Below, piece after piece: positions 14,438 through 24,132 of a stretch of 28,139 bases of DNA. A program made the position numbers and the translations under genes. How positions within the stretch are numbered: position 1 is the first letter of the stretch; every line of letters begins with the position of its first letter. This DNA comes from a virus. Its lineage: Duplodnaviria; Caudoviricetes. Where the stretch lies: IMG/VR virus record IMGVR_UViG_3300013004_002837, positions 1-28,139 of that record; one strand, 5' to 3'. Under the pieces are notes generated by a model, which was not told the DNA's origin, did not search any database, and worked only from the letters and a program-made list of their open reading frames with translations.

Positions 14438-15439
14438 ATGGCAAAAGGTTTAGACGTAGGCACATCTTATATTGTTTTATCTTCAGAAACTGGCGACAAA
14501 ATTCAATACAAAGATTTTAGAGATGCATTTTATATTATCAAGCCAACCACACCAGTTGCAACAAAAATGATAGAAAAGGGTCTTGCTGGAAAGGTTTTTA
14601 TCAAAGATAATGATGGATCTTTTATTTTATTAGGTAAAGATGCTATAGAAAAAGCTATAGAAAGAAATGATACCGCAAAAAGACCAATGTTTCGTGGCGT
14701 AGTCTCAGCAAAAGAAAAAGATGCCAAGCGTATACTGGCATATATTTTAAAAGAGGTCGCTGGACAGGCTTCTGAGCCAAATGAAAAGATCGTATTCTGT
14801 ATTCCTGCACAACCTGTCGATCAAGAGGACGATGATTTTGATGTAGGATACCATGAAGACGTTGTAAAAACTATTTTATCTGAGTGTGGATATAGTGCTA
14901 GATCAGTTAATGAAGCAGAAGCACTATGTTATGCAGAACTAGAGGCTGAAGATTATACTGGTATTGGTGTTAGTTGTGGTGCTGGAATGACGAATGTATG
15001 CGTTATGTTAAATGGTGAGCCAACAGTACTATTTTCTACTACTAAATCTGGAGACTGGATTGATAGAATGAGTTCGGTTGCTACTGGTGAACCAGACAGT
15101 GTTGTACAAGTAGAAAAAGAAGGCGGCGGTTTTACAATAGGTGAACCAGTTGATAACCCTGTGCTAGCGGCTGTATCTGCATACTATGAAAGATTAATCG
15201 ATTATACAACTAAAAATTTAGCTGCCGCATTATCTAATCATAAATCATTGCCTAAATTTAAGAATCCACTTACTATAGTTGTGGCTGGTGGAACATCACA
15301 AGCTAAAGGTTATATTGAAAATTTCAAGAAAAAAATGGAAGAAAATGGATTTCCAATAGCGATCAAAGAAATCAGACACGCATCAGATCCTTTACACGCT
15401 GTTGCTAAAGGATGTATGATAGCAGCAAAAGTATTGTAA
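14438..15439 (+). CDS. Actin-like ATPase, volactin-like
   Basis: Phosphate-1 GLDVGTS, connect VNEAEAL, phosphate-2 SCGAGMTN, adenosine VVAGGTS, C-terminal AVAKG. Confidence 0.85.
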   Translation: MAKGLDVGTSYIVLSSETGDKIQYKDFRDAFYIIKPTTPVATKMIEKGLAGKVFIKDNDGSFILLGKDAIEKAIERNDTAKRPMFRGVVSAKEKDAKRILAYILKEVAGQASEPNEKIVFCIPAQPVDQEDDDFDVGYHEDVVKTILSECGYSARSVNEAEALCYAELEAEDYTGIGVSCGAGMTNVCVMLNGEPTVLFSTTKSGDWIDRMSSVATGEPDSVVQVEKEGGGFTIGEPVDNPVLAAVSAYYERLIDYTTKNLAAALSNHKSLPKFKNPLTIVVAGGTSQAKGYIENFKKKMEENGFPIAIKEIRHASDPLHAVAKGCMIAAKVL

Positions 15440-15443
15440 AAGT

Positions 15444-15761
15444 ATGTTCAATTTATTTTGTAAAAAAATCAGATTTGCTGTCAGGTCACCAAAATGGCAG
15501 TCTGTAAGAAAAGAGCATTTAAAAAAAGAATCAAAATGTAGAGCATGTGGAAAAAATAAAGATTTGGAAGTACATCACATAGTTCCAGTACATATAAATC
15601 CAGAAGGGGAGCTTGACCCATCAAATCTAATTACTCTATGTTCAGAGCAATGCCATATAATGTTCGGGCATTTAATGGATTTTAAAAGTTGGAATGCTAA
15701 TGTTGTTGAGGATTGTGACACTATGCTCCAAAAAATACATAAAAGACCCTACAAATCATAG
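15444..15761 (+). CDS. HNH endonuclease
   Basis: CRACG...LEVHHIVP...NLITLC...CHIMFGH. Confidence 0.88.
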   Translation: MFNLFCKKIRFAVRSPKWQSVRKEHLKKESKCRACGKNKDLEVHHIVPVHINPEGELDPSNLITLCSEQCHIMFGHLMDFKSWNANVVEDCDTMLQKIHKRPYKS

Positions 15762-15835
15762 TCAGCAAAAGTTCGGGACCCCTTGACGATTTTATAGTGT
15801 ATTAATAGTTATGGTTCTAAATAAAGGATCGCCAC

Positions 15836-16591
15836 ATGAAATCTAAAATATATAGTGTATTGATCTGGTTTTTTATGTATTCGGCAGGAATTTGTGGCAC
15901 AATAGATCCTAATACTCCTGATTCTAAATATGTAGAATATGGAGATAAGTTTGTAAGTGTAGTTAAATTATGTTGTTTTGATGGCAAAGGACTATCTTGT
16001 GGATCAGCAGTAGTTATCCATCCAAATTGGGTAATAACAGCAGCGCATGTAGTAGAGAATTGTCATAGTTGGACTGTTAATATAGGAGAACATAAGTATA
16101 ATCTTACAAAGATGATACCTCATAAAGAATATAAATCAGAAGTATTTGGTTTTGCAGATATAGCTCTGGGATATTCTGAAAATCCTATTGAATTAGATTT
16201 TTATCCAGAATTATATGAGCAGGAAGATGAGGTTGGTAAATTATGTTCTATAGCGGGCTGGGGATTCACAGGGACATTCCATACTGGTACAAAAAGTCAT
16301 GATGGAAAAAGAAGGGCGGGATCTAATTTTATTGATAAAACAGAGAGACACGTTTTGATTTGTTCTCCTTCTAAGCAAGATGAAAAAACAACCCAACTAG
16401 AATTTTTAATATGTAGTGGTGATAGCGGAGGAGGTTTATTTATAGGAAATAAATTAGCTGGAATTAATTCATCTGTAGTTGGGTACGACGGTAAATCAAA
16501 TTCAACTTATGGAGATGAAAGCTGTCACACTAGAGTTAGTTTATATAGTCAATGGGTAAAGGATACTATTGAACATGAAGCAAAGAAATAA
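15836..16591 (+). CDS. S1 (trypsin-fold) serine protease with probable signal peptide
   Basis: WVITAAH, DIAL, GDSGG triad motifs; hydrophobic N-terminus. Confidence 0.88.
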   Translation: MKSKIYSVLIWFFMYSAGICGTIDPNTPDSKYVEYGDKFVSVVKLCCFDGKGLSCGSAVVIHPNWVITAAHVVENCHSWTVNIGEHKYNLTKMIPHKEYKSEVFGFADIALGYSENPIELDFYPELYEQEDEVGKLCSIAGWGFTGTFHTGTKSHDGKRRAGSNFIDKTERHVLICSPSKQDEKTTQLEFLICSGDSGGGLFIGNKLAGINSSVVGYDGKSNSTYGDESCHTRVSLYSQWVKDTIEHEAKK

Positions 16592-17480
16592 TTATTCTCT
16601 ATTGCCATATGAAATTGAGCCTGTATATGGGTTATCTCCACAAGATGCACAATTTTATGGATGGGAAATAGAAAAATTCAATATAAAAAAACATTGGCAA
16701 TTTTCTCAAGGTGAAGGTATAGTAGTGGCTGTTATTGATACTGGATGTGATATATATCATGATGATCTAAAAAATAATTTAGTAGAAGGTATTAATTTAG
16801 TCGAAAAAAATAAAGATCCAATTGATAAGTGTGGTCATGGGACTCATGTTGCCGGTACTATTGCTGCTGAAAATAATGGATTGGGAATGGTTGGTGTGGC
16901 ACCAAAAGCAAAAATAATGCCAATTAAAGCTTTAGACGATAGCGGTAGAGGTAATAATCAAGATATAATTCAAGGTATTTATTGGTCTGTAGATAGAGGT
17001 GTAGATTTTATTACTATGTCTCTTGGTTCGCCAGTCCCAAGTAAAAAACTAGAAGAAGCAATAGAGTATGCAAGACAAAAAAACGTTGTAGTATTTTGTG
17101 CTGCTGGAAACTCTGGAGAAGAATCAGAGATTTTATATCCAGCAAAATATGATTATCCTATAAGTATAGGTGCTATTGATCAAAATTTTAATAGAACTAA
17201 TTTTACATGCAGCGGAGAAGAATTAGATTTTTTAGCTCCGGGTCACGATATATTGAGTTGTTATCCTGGTAATGCCTATGCCAAAATGAGCGGTACTAGT
17301 ATGAGTAATCCATTCGCTGTAGGATGTGCTGCCCTAACGAAATCTTATTTTAAGAATAGGGTATTAACTAAAAATGATTATATAGAAATATATAAAGACA
17401 AAACACTCCCGTTAAAAAATAGTAAATATAAAGGTATAAGAAAATATGAAGGATACGGAATTATACAGCCCGTTCCTTAG
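16575..17480 (+). CDS. S8 subtilisin-like serine protease
   Basis: VAVIDTG, HGTHVAG, AAGN, SGTSM; short N-terminal extension containing LLPY. Confidence 0.92.
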   Translation: MKQRNNYSLLPYEIEPVYGLSPQDAQFYGWEIEKFNIKKHWQFSQGEGIVVAVIDTGCDIYHDDLKNNLVEGINLVEKNKDPIDKCGHGTHVAGTIAAENNGLGMVGVAPKAKIMPIKALDDSGRGNNQDIIQGIYWSVDRGVDFITMSLGSPVPSKKLEEAIEYARQKNVVVFCAAGNSGEESEILYPAKYDYPISIGAIDQNFNRTNFTCSGEELDFLAPGHDILSCYPGNAYAKMSGTSMSNPFAVGCAALTKSYFKNRVLTKNDYIEIYKDKTLPLKNSKYKGIRKYEGYGIIQPVP

Positions 17481-17482
17481 CA

Positions 17483-17872
17483 TTATTTTCCATATATTCT
17501 TCTAATAGCATCGCCATCGTATGCGCCCATTGCTTTTAATCTAGTTTTTTCTTTCTTTCTCCACTCTTCCATATCTCTATAGTATCCATTATCAATTCTG
17601 CCTTGAAAGAAAGTATTGATTCTTTTTAAGTGATTATCTAATGACATGCTATATGCAGTTTGATTATTCATGTTTGCAAAAGACATATCTATAGCGTAAC
17701 CACCCTGAGCGGCTATAACAGATGATGCACTATTATTATATGCTGCGGGTGCGGTTGTTGTATAACCATCAAAAGGCATACCAGCAAAAATATTAACATG
17801 TTCGGCAGCTTGTAATAATGGTATAGGTATACAATATAAGCATATAATTATCCAACAGAATATGTGTTTCAT
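17483..17872 (-). CDS. Secreted hypothetical protein
   Basis: Signal peptide-like N-terminus ending LLQA-AE; last gene of the minus-strand operon. Confidence 0.7.
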   Translation of the reverse strand: MKHIFCWIIICLYCIPIPLLQAAEHVNIFAGMPFDGYTTTAPAAYNNSASSVIAAQGGYAIDMSFANMNNQTAYSMSLDNHLKRINTFFQGRIDNGYYRDMEEWRKKEKTRLKAMGAYDGDAIRRIYGK

Positions 17873-17873
17873 T

Positions 17874-18485
17874 TTATTTCTCTTTTATAGCTATAATATC
17901 AGCACCATCGGTACTGTACATGATATTATAACCAAAATCCAACATAGTAGTCAAGCATTTTTTAAGAGCCAGTTCTTCTATAGAAACGTGTTCAAATCGT
18001 ATAATTTTTGGCGTAAAAGCATTAAAATCAAAATTTTCTAAAATGATATGATCATGTCCTTCAGCATCTATTTGTAATACATCAAGTTTGACCTTAACGT
18101 ATTGTTGAACAAGAGTACTCATTGATATGCAAGGAACTGAGAATTCTTTTGGTTCAACATCAAACATATGTTTAGCTTTGAGAAAATCAACAGTAAAGTG
18201 TGGAGTTGTCGATCCACAATAAAGACTTATTTCACCATCATAATTAGAAACAGCATAATTTAAAAATACTAGATCATTTTTTCTATCTTTATATGTTTCA
18301 CGCAACTGATCGAATGCTACTTTGCCTGGCTCTATAAGAACACCTTTCCAATTATGTTTCATAATTAAATGATGTATAGGATCAAACGAGATTCCATCAT
18401 TTGCTCCTATTTGTATAAAAAATACATCAGGAATACTTTCACAGTATTCGGCAAACTGTTCTTCTGTAATTAATGTTCTATTCAT
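17874..18485 (-). CDS. FkbM family methyltransferase
   Basis: QIGANDG, LIEP, LQIDAEGHD; ATG 18485 overlaps the upstream TGA. Confidence 0.88.
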   Translation of the reverse strand: MNRTLITEEQFAEYCESIPDVFFIQIGANDGISFDPIHHLIMKHNWKGVLIEPGKVAFDQLRETYKDRKNDLVFLNYAVSNYDGEISLYCGSTTPHFTVDFLKAKHMFDVEPKEFSVPCISMSTLVQQYVKVKLDVLQIDAEGHDHIILENFDFNAFTPKIIRFEHVSIEELALKKCLTTMLDFGYNIMYSTDGADIIAIKEK

Positions 18486-19147
18486 GATTTTCTGCGGCAG
18501 AGCCAAACAACATTGGCAAATTCTGTAGCCATGAAAGGTTCTAGTTTATTGTCTAGGCAAGCTTGTTGAACATCAGAATCTTGAATCTCCATCCAGCACC
18601 AAACCTTGTTCATTATATGTTCTTTAAAATATTCTAAATTTGGAGAATAATCATGAGCCATAATAATATCTCCAGATTTTAACATTGAAGATATTAATTT
18701 AAATTCATTAATCTTATTGCCACCATCACACAAAACTAGTGTTAAGCCTGGAGATTGTATGAAATCTAAAACAAGACCAGGATTTTGTAAACTTAAATAA
18801 TCTTGAGTAAAAATATTGTCATAGATTACTTCTAAATTATTTTCTTGTTCCAGAACCCTGTGCGTAGGAGTGTCGTAGATATCAAATGTTTTAATCGGGA
18901 CGTCTGACATACCAAGATCATTTAAAGTACGTCTCAAATAAAGACACAGACCCCCTGCTGCCGTACCTATTTCAAGAACTCTGGCAGGCTTGGTCTCTTG
19001 TAAAAGTCTCTTAAAAACATCAAAGGCACCCTCATGTTGCATAGCTGTGATGCCTAAGAATGCACAGCATCCAGTTATTGGGTTACCATTTATATCTAAA
19101 TATCCACCTTCTGGATTAAGTATTCTTCCCACATGATCAGTTTGCAT
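18482..19147 (-). CDS. Class I SAM-dependent O-methyltransferase-like protein
   Basis: VLEIGTAAGG, TFDI, LCDGG, IMAHDY. Confidence 0.75.
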   Translation of the reverse strand: MQTDHVGRILNPEGGYLDINGNPITGCCAFLGITAMQHEGAFDVFKRLLQETKPARVLEIGTAAGGLCLYLRRTLNDLGMSDVPIKTFDIYDTPTHRVLEQENNLEVIYDNIFTQDYLSLQNPGLVLDFIQSPGLTLVLCDGGNKINEFKLISSMLKSGDIIMAHDYSPNLEYFKEHIMNKVWCWMEIQDSDVQQACLDNKLEPFMATEFANVVWLCRRKS

Positions 19148-20027
19148 AAATATTATTAAGCTCCTCGAATGTTCTATAAAAACTCTTTTTGCCGACTATA
19201 GCGGCTTGACACCAATCTCCACTATCTTCATGATACCAAACATCAAAATTAACCTTTTTATATTTATCTGGATTAAAATTATGTTCTATTGTCATAATTA
19301 CTTCATCTAGATATAATGTTTTTTTATTTAGTACCATATCTATGAATCTATCTGTTATATCATTGCAATATTTTATAATAGGCTCTTTCTTACCACCGAA
19401 TATACCTCCAATAATAGATTCTCTGTCTGTTGTCCTAAGATGTATAGGATCTATCCAGTGAAGCCAGTCACTTATTCTCCACATGACTACGGTTTTAGGG
19501 TCTATTAGATTTATAAGACCATCAACCAGCGTGTTATTAAATAATGAACAATCTGACCATTTTTTCATTGGGTCATTTTGCATAGGCAAATATTTGAAAG
19601 GAAATAATGCAGAGCTTGATAGTCCAACGTCCATATAATAAAAATTATCTGTGTTGAAAAAATTCTTTTCTACAGTATTTTTAACCATTAAAAATTTTGC
19701 TTGCATCAAATCATATGTTCTGTCAGATTTTTTCTGTTCTTCTGGATCTTTTATTGTACGAATAACATCGTATAGTGGGCTTTTATATAGATCAAATGGT
19801 ACAAATTTAATCTTATCCAATATTTTTTCGCCATATTCTGCAACTACAAAGGTTTTAAGTTCTTCTACATTTTTTTCCCAGCAATATAAAACAATAGAAC
19901 AATCCATTTTGAGCATGGATATTAGGCCATAGAAATATTTATTTCTTGGATGTACTCTTCCTCCAAATTCTGTTCCACAAAGATCATAGTACAAGCATGT
20001 AGTTATTGTTAGGTTTTTTAGATCCAT
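19137..20027 (-). CDS. HtrL/WlaTC-like glycosyltransferase
   Basis: TITTCLY, MQAKF, FYYMDVG, IGGIFGG; paralogous to the N-half of 22265-23923. Confidence 0.65.
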   Translation of the reverse strand: MDLKNLTITTCLYYDLCGTEFGGRVHPRNKYFYGLISMLKMDCSIVLYCWEKNVEELKTFVVAEYGEKILDKIKFVPFDLYKSPLYDVIRTIKDPEEQKKSDRTYDLMQAKFLMVKNTVEKNFFNTDNFYYMDVGLSSSALFPFKYLPMQNDPMKKWSDCSLFNNTLVDGLINLIDPKTVVMWRISDWLHWIDPIHLRTTDRESIIGGIFGGKKEPIIKYCNDITDRFIDMVLNKKTLYLDEVIMTIEHNFNPDKYKKVNFDVWYHEDSGDWCQAAIVGKKSFYRTFEELNNIYAN

Positions 20028-21019
20028 TTGTCTATTCCGGATAGGTTCATCGCTAACTTAGCGCTATTTGGCCATATACCATACTCATCAAACCACTGTC
20101 TCTGATTATCGGATATATATTTAAGTAAATCTTCTTCATCTATGACTTCATTGTATTTTTCTTCTATAAGAGAAGCTACACCATCATTGCCCTTTTCTTT
20201 ATATGTTGTATAAGCCGTTTCTCTTGGTATACTTATATAGTGATAATTAGGTATTAGTCCATTATGCACACAGTCCTTGTATTCTACTCTTATAAACGGG
20301 ACTCCCAAGGCACAATACTCCATATCTCTATAACAGAATTCTCCGGGGTAATCATAGGGATTTGAATATCTGTCTAAATCCATATAATATGCTAAAGCAA
20401 TTTTCTGTTTGGCTAGTGTTTGCATATATAGATCAAACGGTAAAGTTTGTGTATCTATGACATTTTTGTCTCGTAATATCTCTATTACTTTTCTGTAAGA
20501 TCCTATTCCTGAACCTTTCCAGAATAAAGATTTTGACCTATCTTCTAAAGCAGTATTATCTCTTATATCTCTATATTTATTAATATCCCATTCATCTATT
20601 GAACCAAAAAACCATGGCCTAACATCTGGTAGTCTATGGACAAGATTATCTCTTTTAAGCCAATAATAAATATTATGATAATTAAAGTGTGCAGATAATA
20701 GTTTTTGACAATTTTCTGACTTTAAGTAGTGAACAACATAAGAATTAAAATATTCTGTGAATGTCAGTACTACAAATTTTTTAGTATCTAAATTTTCAAT
20801 AACACAATCAACATCACTTAATGGAGGATTGTGATCAAACCCTCTGATATCACTGAGTAATTCTAATCTAGATGATGCTACTTGATTATCTGGATCAAAA
20901 TAATCTTTCCATTCAACATTAAAATATTGCTCAAGATACTTGGCAAATTTTCTAAACCAAATAGCATGATATCTTCCCCAGACCTTATTATCTATACGAT
21001 GGAATTTTATTGTGGTCAC
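20018..21019 (-). CDS. Probable GT-B-type glycosyltransferase
   Basis: LFWKGS, CYRDMEYCALGVP, LIPNYHYI resemble GT C-terminal motifs; located in the GT operon. Confidence 0.5.
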   Translation of the reverse strand: MTTIKFHRIDNKVWGRYHAIWFRKFAKYLEQYFNVEWKDYFDPDNQVASSRLELLSDIRGFDHNPPLSDVDCVIENLDTKKFVVLTFTEYFNSYVVHYLKSENCQKLLSAHFNYHNIYYWLKRDNLVHRLPDVRPWFFGSIDEWDINKYRDIRDNTALEDRSKSLFWKGSGIGSYRKVIEILRDKNVIDTQTLPFDLYMQTLAKQKIALAYYMDLDRYSNPYDYPGEFCYRDMEYCALGVPFIRVEYKDCVHNGLIPNYHYISIPRETAYTTYKEKGNDGVASLIEEKYNEVIDEEDLLKYISDNQRQWFDEYGIWPNSAKLAMNLSGIDKWI

Positions 21020-22293
21020 GGAAGATTTCCTTGAATAATCTCACACCAACCTTTAGATCTACTATGAGGCCAAACAACCCAACTCTTTGGCTTAACTTCT
21101 GTAGAAAATTCTCTCCAAACTTTGCAGTATCCGTCAGGATCATTTTTCATACGAGCTATTTCAGCTTCATCGGCATCCTGTCTATAGAGATCATTTCCGT
21201 TATCATCTTTAAAAGCAACGCACCAGAAATCATAGTCTGTCTCAGGAACTTGCGAGTACCCTATATCAATACAATGTTTAAATATATTTAAGAAAGAATT
21301 TTGATATTCTTCTTCAGTTGAGAAAGCAGGATTTGGAGGCTCCTTATGATCAAGAGTATATCTTTGTACAGCTCTTTTCTTGAAAGAGATACCAGCATAT
21401 TTCTCATAGTCTGCAACGGTTCTTTTCTTTCCAAATCCAAATGGACCAAAATCTATATCATTTGTAAGGCCATCCATTTCGAATAATTTTCTATTTCTTA
21501 GATGAGAGTCATTATTTCTTTGTGGCCATACAGGATCATCGTCCCATTGTTTTGATCTTCCTTTTCTTGTATATTCATGCCAACAAACAACTTTGTGTGG
21601 ATGAAAAATATCATACCCATGAGTATACGCCCTAACTGCTATACTGATTTCTTCTCCGTGGAAATAATAGTTAGGATCATGAGGAACTTCTTTACAGAAT
21701 TCTCCTACAGTGAATGCGAAATGAGCAGAATAGAATCTTCCTCTAACTGGACGATTTCTGTCATTAAAAGAATCAAATGATGCAGGAAGGAAGAAGATGG
21801 CTCCCTCTGGAATGAATCTATCGAAGTTCATTTTCCAAGGTTCTTGCACCCTTTTTTCTGGATCGTGTTCTGGATCAAAACTAGGAATATATGCTGTAAT
21901 GAGAGGTTTCTTAAAACCTTCTTCTTGTAATCCTGTAAGCATATCTATAAGTGTTTTATCCCAATCTTTTGCAAATCTGTGGTGTGAATCTAGTTGAAGA
22001 GTATACTTTTCGCCGTTATATAATTGTTGAACAGCATTTCTTGCCCAACACACACCCTTTGAGTCTTTGTAATTGATGTCAAGTATTCTGAATCTTGGAT
22101 CGTTTTTGTATTCGTCTAACTTATCCCAGCTATCAGCGTCACTATGCTGCCAAGCTATACCAACCCTAAGATTCTCTGGATATGTGGCATTATCTATCAT
22201 ATCCTTAAGAGTTTTAAGTAACTCTGGATCTCTATATGATGCTATTTGTATAAAAATTAAATTTTCAGTTTTCTTTTCTTTCTGACGCTTCAT
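21016..22293 (-). CDS. GT60-like (Skp1-hydroxyproline type) GlcNAc transferase
   Basis: IFIQIASYRDPEL, GVCWAR, LQLDSHHRF, FHGEEI, HEYTR. Confidence 0.8.
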   Translation of the reverse strand: MKRQKEKKTENLIFIQIASYRDPELLKTLKDMIDNATYPENLRVGIAWQHSDADSWDKLDEYKNDPRFRILDINYKDSKGVCWARNAVQQLYNGEKYTLQLDSHHRFAKDWDKTLIDMLTGLQEEGFKKPLITAYIPSFDPEHDPEKRVQEPWKMNFDRFIPEGAIFFLPASFDSFNDRNRPVRGRFYSAHFAFTVGEFCKEVPHDPNYYFHGEEISIAVRAYTHGYDIFHPHKVVCWHEYTRKGRSKQWDDDPVWPQRNNDSHLRNRKLFEMDGLTNDIDFGPFGFGKKRTVADYEKYAGISFKKRAVQRYTLDHKEPPNPAFSTEEEYQNSFLNIFKHCIDIGYSQVPETDYDFWCVAFKDDNGNDLYRQDADEAEIARMKNDPDGYCKVWREFSTEVKPKSWVVWPHSRSKGWCEIIQGNLP

Positions 22294-23923
22294 AAAAATG
22301 AACCCTATTATGTGTAATTGGACTAGCTAGTAAAATGGCAGGCTTAACTTTGTTCTCTCTGGTCAATGTATAAATGTGGCTCATCCATGTTTGTTCAAAA
22401 GGGTGTGCCCACGTTGTGTCTAAGAACATCTTTTTATTACCGTCCTGAGATATAATATGAGGCCAGTTAGAATAGTAAATCTCACCCTCTGCATATGGAG
22501 TACCATTAAATGATTTAATGCAGGAAAATTTTGTTTGTGGTCTTTTCTTGATGTTTCCAAAGTATTCTATTTTTCGTTCACCTGGAACATTATGCCACGC
22601 CCATTGTTCTGAATTATTTCCATAAAATTCACTAAATGTTAACTTTAAGAAATCATAATTTTCTATGTCCATAATAGATATAGCTGTTTTTAACAGATTT
22701 GGAACATATTTCCTGAAACCAAATTTACAAGTTCTGTTTGGATCAGTATCAACAAGCATATCATCTTCAAAAAATAACATGTATTTTGAGCCTAATTCTG
22801 CAAAATGTTCGGCGGCTAATTGGCGACCACCACAAACACCTATATTACCTTTTCTAATTTCTGTAAAACCATATTTTTTAGATATAATATCATATAGAGG
22901 AAATAGTTCTTCTCTATTAGTGTTATTTATTAAATATACTTTAGTATTCTCTAAAAATGATTTATCATATTGTTCAAACGAATCACAAACCATCTGCAAT
23001 TGTTCTGGAGAATTAAATGCATTTATATATATAACTATATCATTATTTGTATGAGAAACTTGTTTAACTGTGGTTGATTGTGCTAATTGTGTCTTATCAT
23101 TTTTTACATTTTCAAAGAACGTGCCAAGCAAACCATTTCCTTCTATCATTTCTACTTGGAAAACTTCTGGATCTAAATAGCTCATCAGAGTAAAAATACT
23201 CTCCTCAGTACCCATAAATCCTTCATTAAGAGAATCTCTTAACAAACCATAATACATATCATTTGCATAAGATATAAACTCTTTGTGTCCTCCAAAGAAT
23301 CCTCCTCTAGCAACTCTGTCTACTGTCTCGCTTTGGGCGAATTTACGCATAGCACTGATATCAAAACCATGTATTTCACTATTTGTCTCATAGGGAAAAC
23401 ATACAAATAAAAATTTTGAAACTAACTTTTCAATTTTCTCTATGATCTTATCGTGATAAAAATACCCAGGATGAATTGTATTTGTAATACCTCCATCTAT
23501 CCAGAAATAATAGTCTGTATCGAATATATTGTAACACTTAGCGTTATGCAGCATGAACATTTTGCTCATAACCATCGGATTATACCATTCCATCTTAGCT
23601 TGTGTACTTTCTTTAAGCCATCCAACTTGATCGTACCAACTTGGATTAGTTCTTATAGACTGCACTTTATCAAAAAATGGAAAAAAACTACTATTAAAAG
23701 ATTTTGCAGGCTGATGAATGACAGCGGTATTGCTCTTATCTCTAATATCCCATACAATATTTTCGTTTTCTTGGTCTATAAAGACACACATATTCGTGTC
23801 TCTAGTAGCCTCTAAAAGTCTTTTAAAGTGATCGACATAATGATCAAATTTCCTTGACCATCCTTCTTCTAGTCCTGATCTTCCTAGATCCCATATACCA
23901 GTGACTAGGGTAGTATTATGCAT
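22265..23923 (-). CDS. Two-domain glycosyltransferase (HtrL/YibB-like plus GT-A)
   Basis: TLVTGIWDLGR, MSKMF, YFWIDGG, GGFFGG, GTEESI; C-terminal GNIGVCGGR and FFEDD. Confidence 0.72.
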   Translation of the reverse strand: MHNTTLVTGIWDLGRSGLEEGWSRKFDHYVDHFKRLLEATRDTNMCVFIDQENENIVWDIRDKSNTAVIHQPAKSFNSSFFPFFDKVQSIRTNPSWYDQVGWLKESTQAKMEWYNPMVMSKMFMLHNAKCYNIFDTDYYFWIDGGITNTIHPGYFYHDKIIEKIEKLVSKFLFVCFPYETNSEIHGFDISAMRKFAQSETVDRVARGGFFGGHKEFISYANDMYYGLLRDSLNEGFMGTEESIFTLMSYLDPEVFQVEMIEGNGLLGTFFENVKNDKTQLAQSTTVKQVSHTNNDIVIYINAFNSPEQLQMVCDSFEQYDKSFLENTKVYLINNTNREELFPLYDIISKKYGFTEIRKGNIGVCGGRQLAAEHFAELGSKYMLFFEDDMLVDTDPNRTCKFGFRKYVPNLLKTAISIMDIENYDFLKLTFSEFYGNNSEQWAWHNVPGERKIEYFGNIKKRPQTKFSCIKSFNGTPYAEGEIYYSNWPHIISQDGNKKMFLDTTWAHPFEQTWMSHIYTLTRENKVKPAILLASPITHNRVHFYEASERKEN

Positions 23924-24043
23924 AGAGAGTATATTCTTATAGTTAGTGTAGTTAGTACCTAATAGTTATCACACCGGACCTGCATAATACATAAGATCAA
24001 TCTGGCGTTTGTCAAGAAATAAAAATTCTAAACAGTCACGATA

Positions 24044-24071
24044 TTGACAATATGGTCGAATAGTGTATTAT
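24044..24071 (+). promoter_or_regulatory. Possible sigma70-type promoter
   Basis: TTGACA 24044-24049, 16-nt spacer containing GTCGAA, TATTAT 24066-24071; in the divergent intergenic region. Confidence 0.55.
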
Positions 24072-24132
24072 TACTGATGTATGGTTGGTAATTTTTTATA
24101 ACACATATAAAGGAGGGTTCTGGCAGATTAAA

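Noticed and set aside
15444-15761. HNH gene as part of an intron or mobile element
   Set aside because: Flanking genes are complete, with no split gene, terminal repeats or intron structure seen
23940-23956. Direct repeat TAGTTAGT x2 upstream of the GT operon
   Set aside because: Only two short AT-rich copies; could be chance
23984-24015. Minus-strand promoter for the GT operon (TTGACA at 24015-24010)
   Set aside because: Best -10 (TATTAT) is 20 nt away; plausible location but spacing too poor to call
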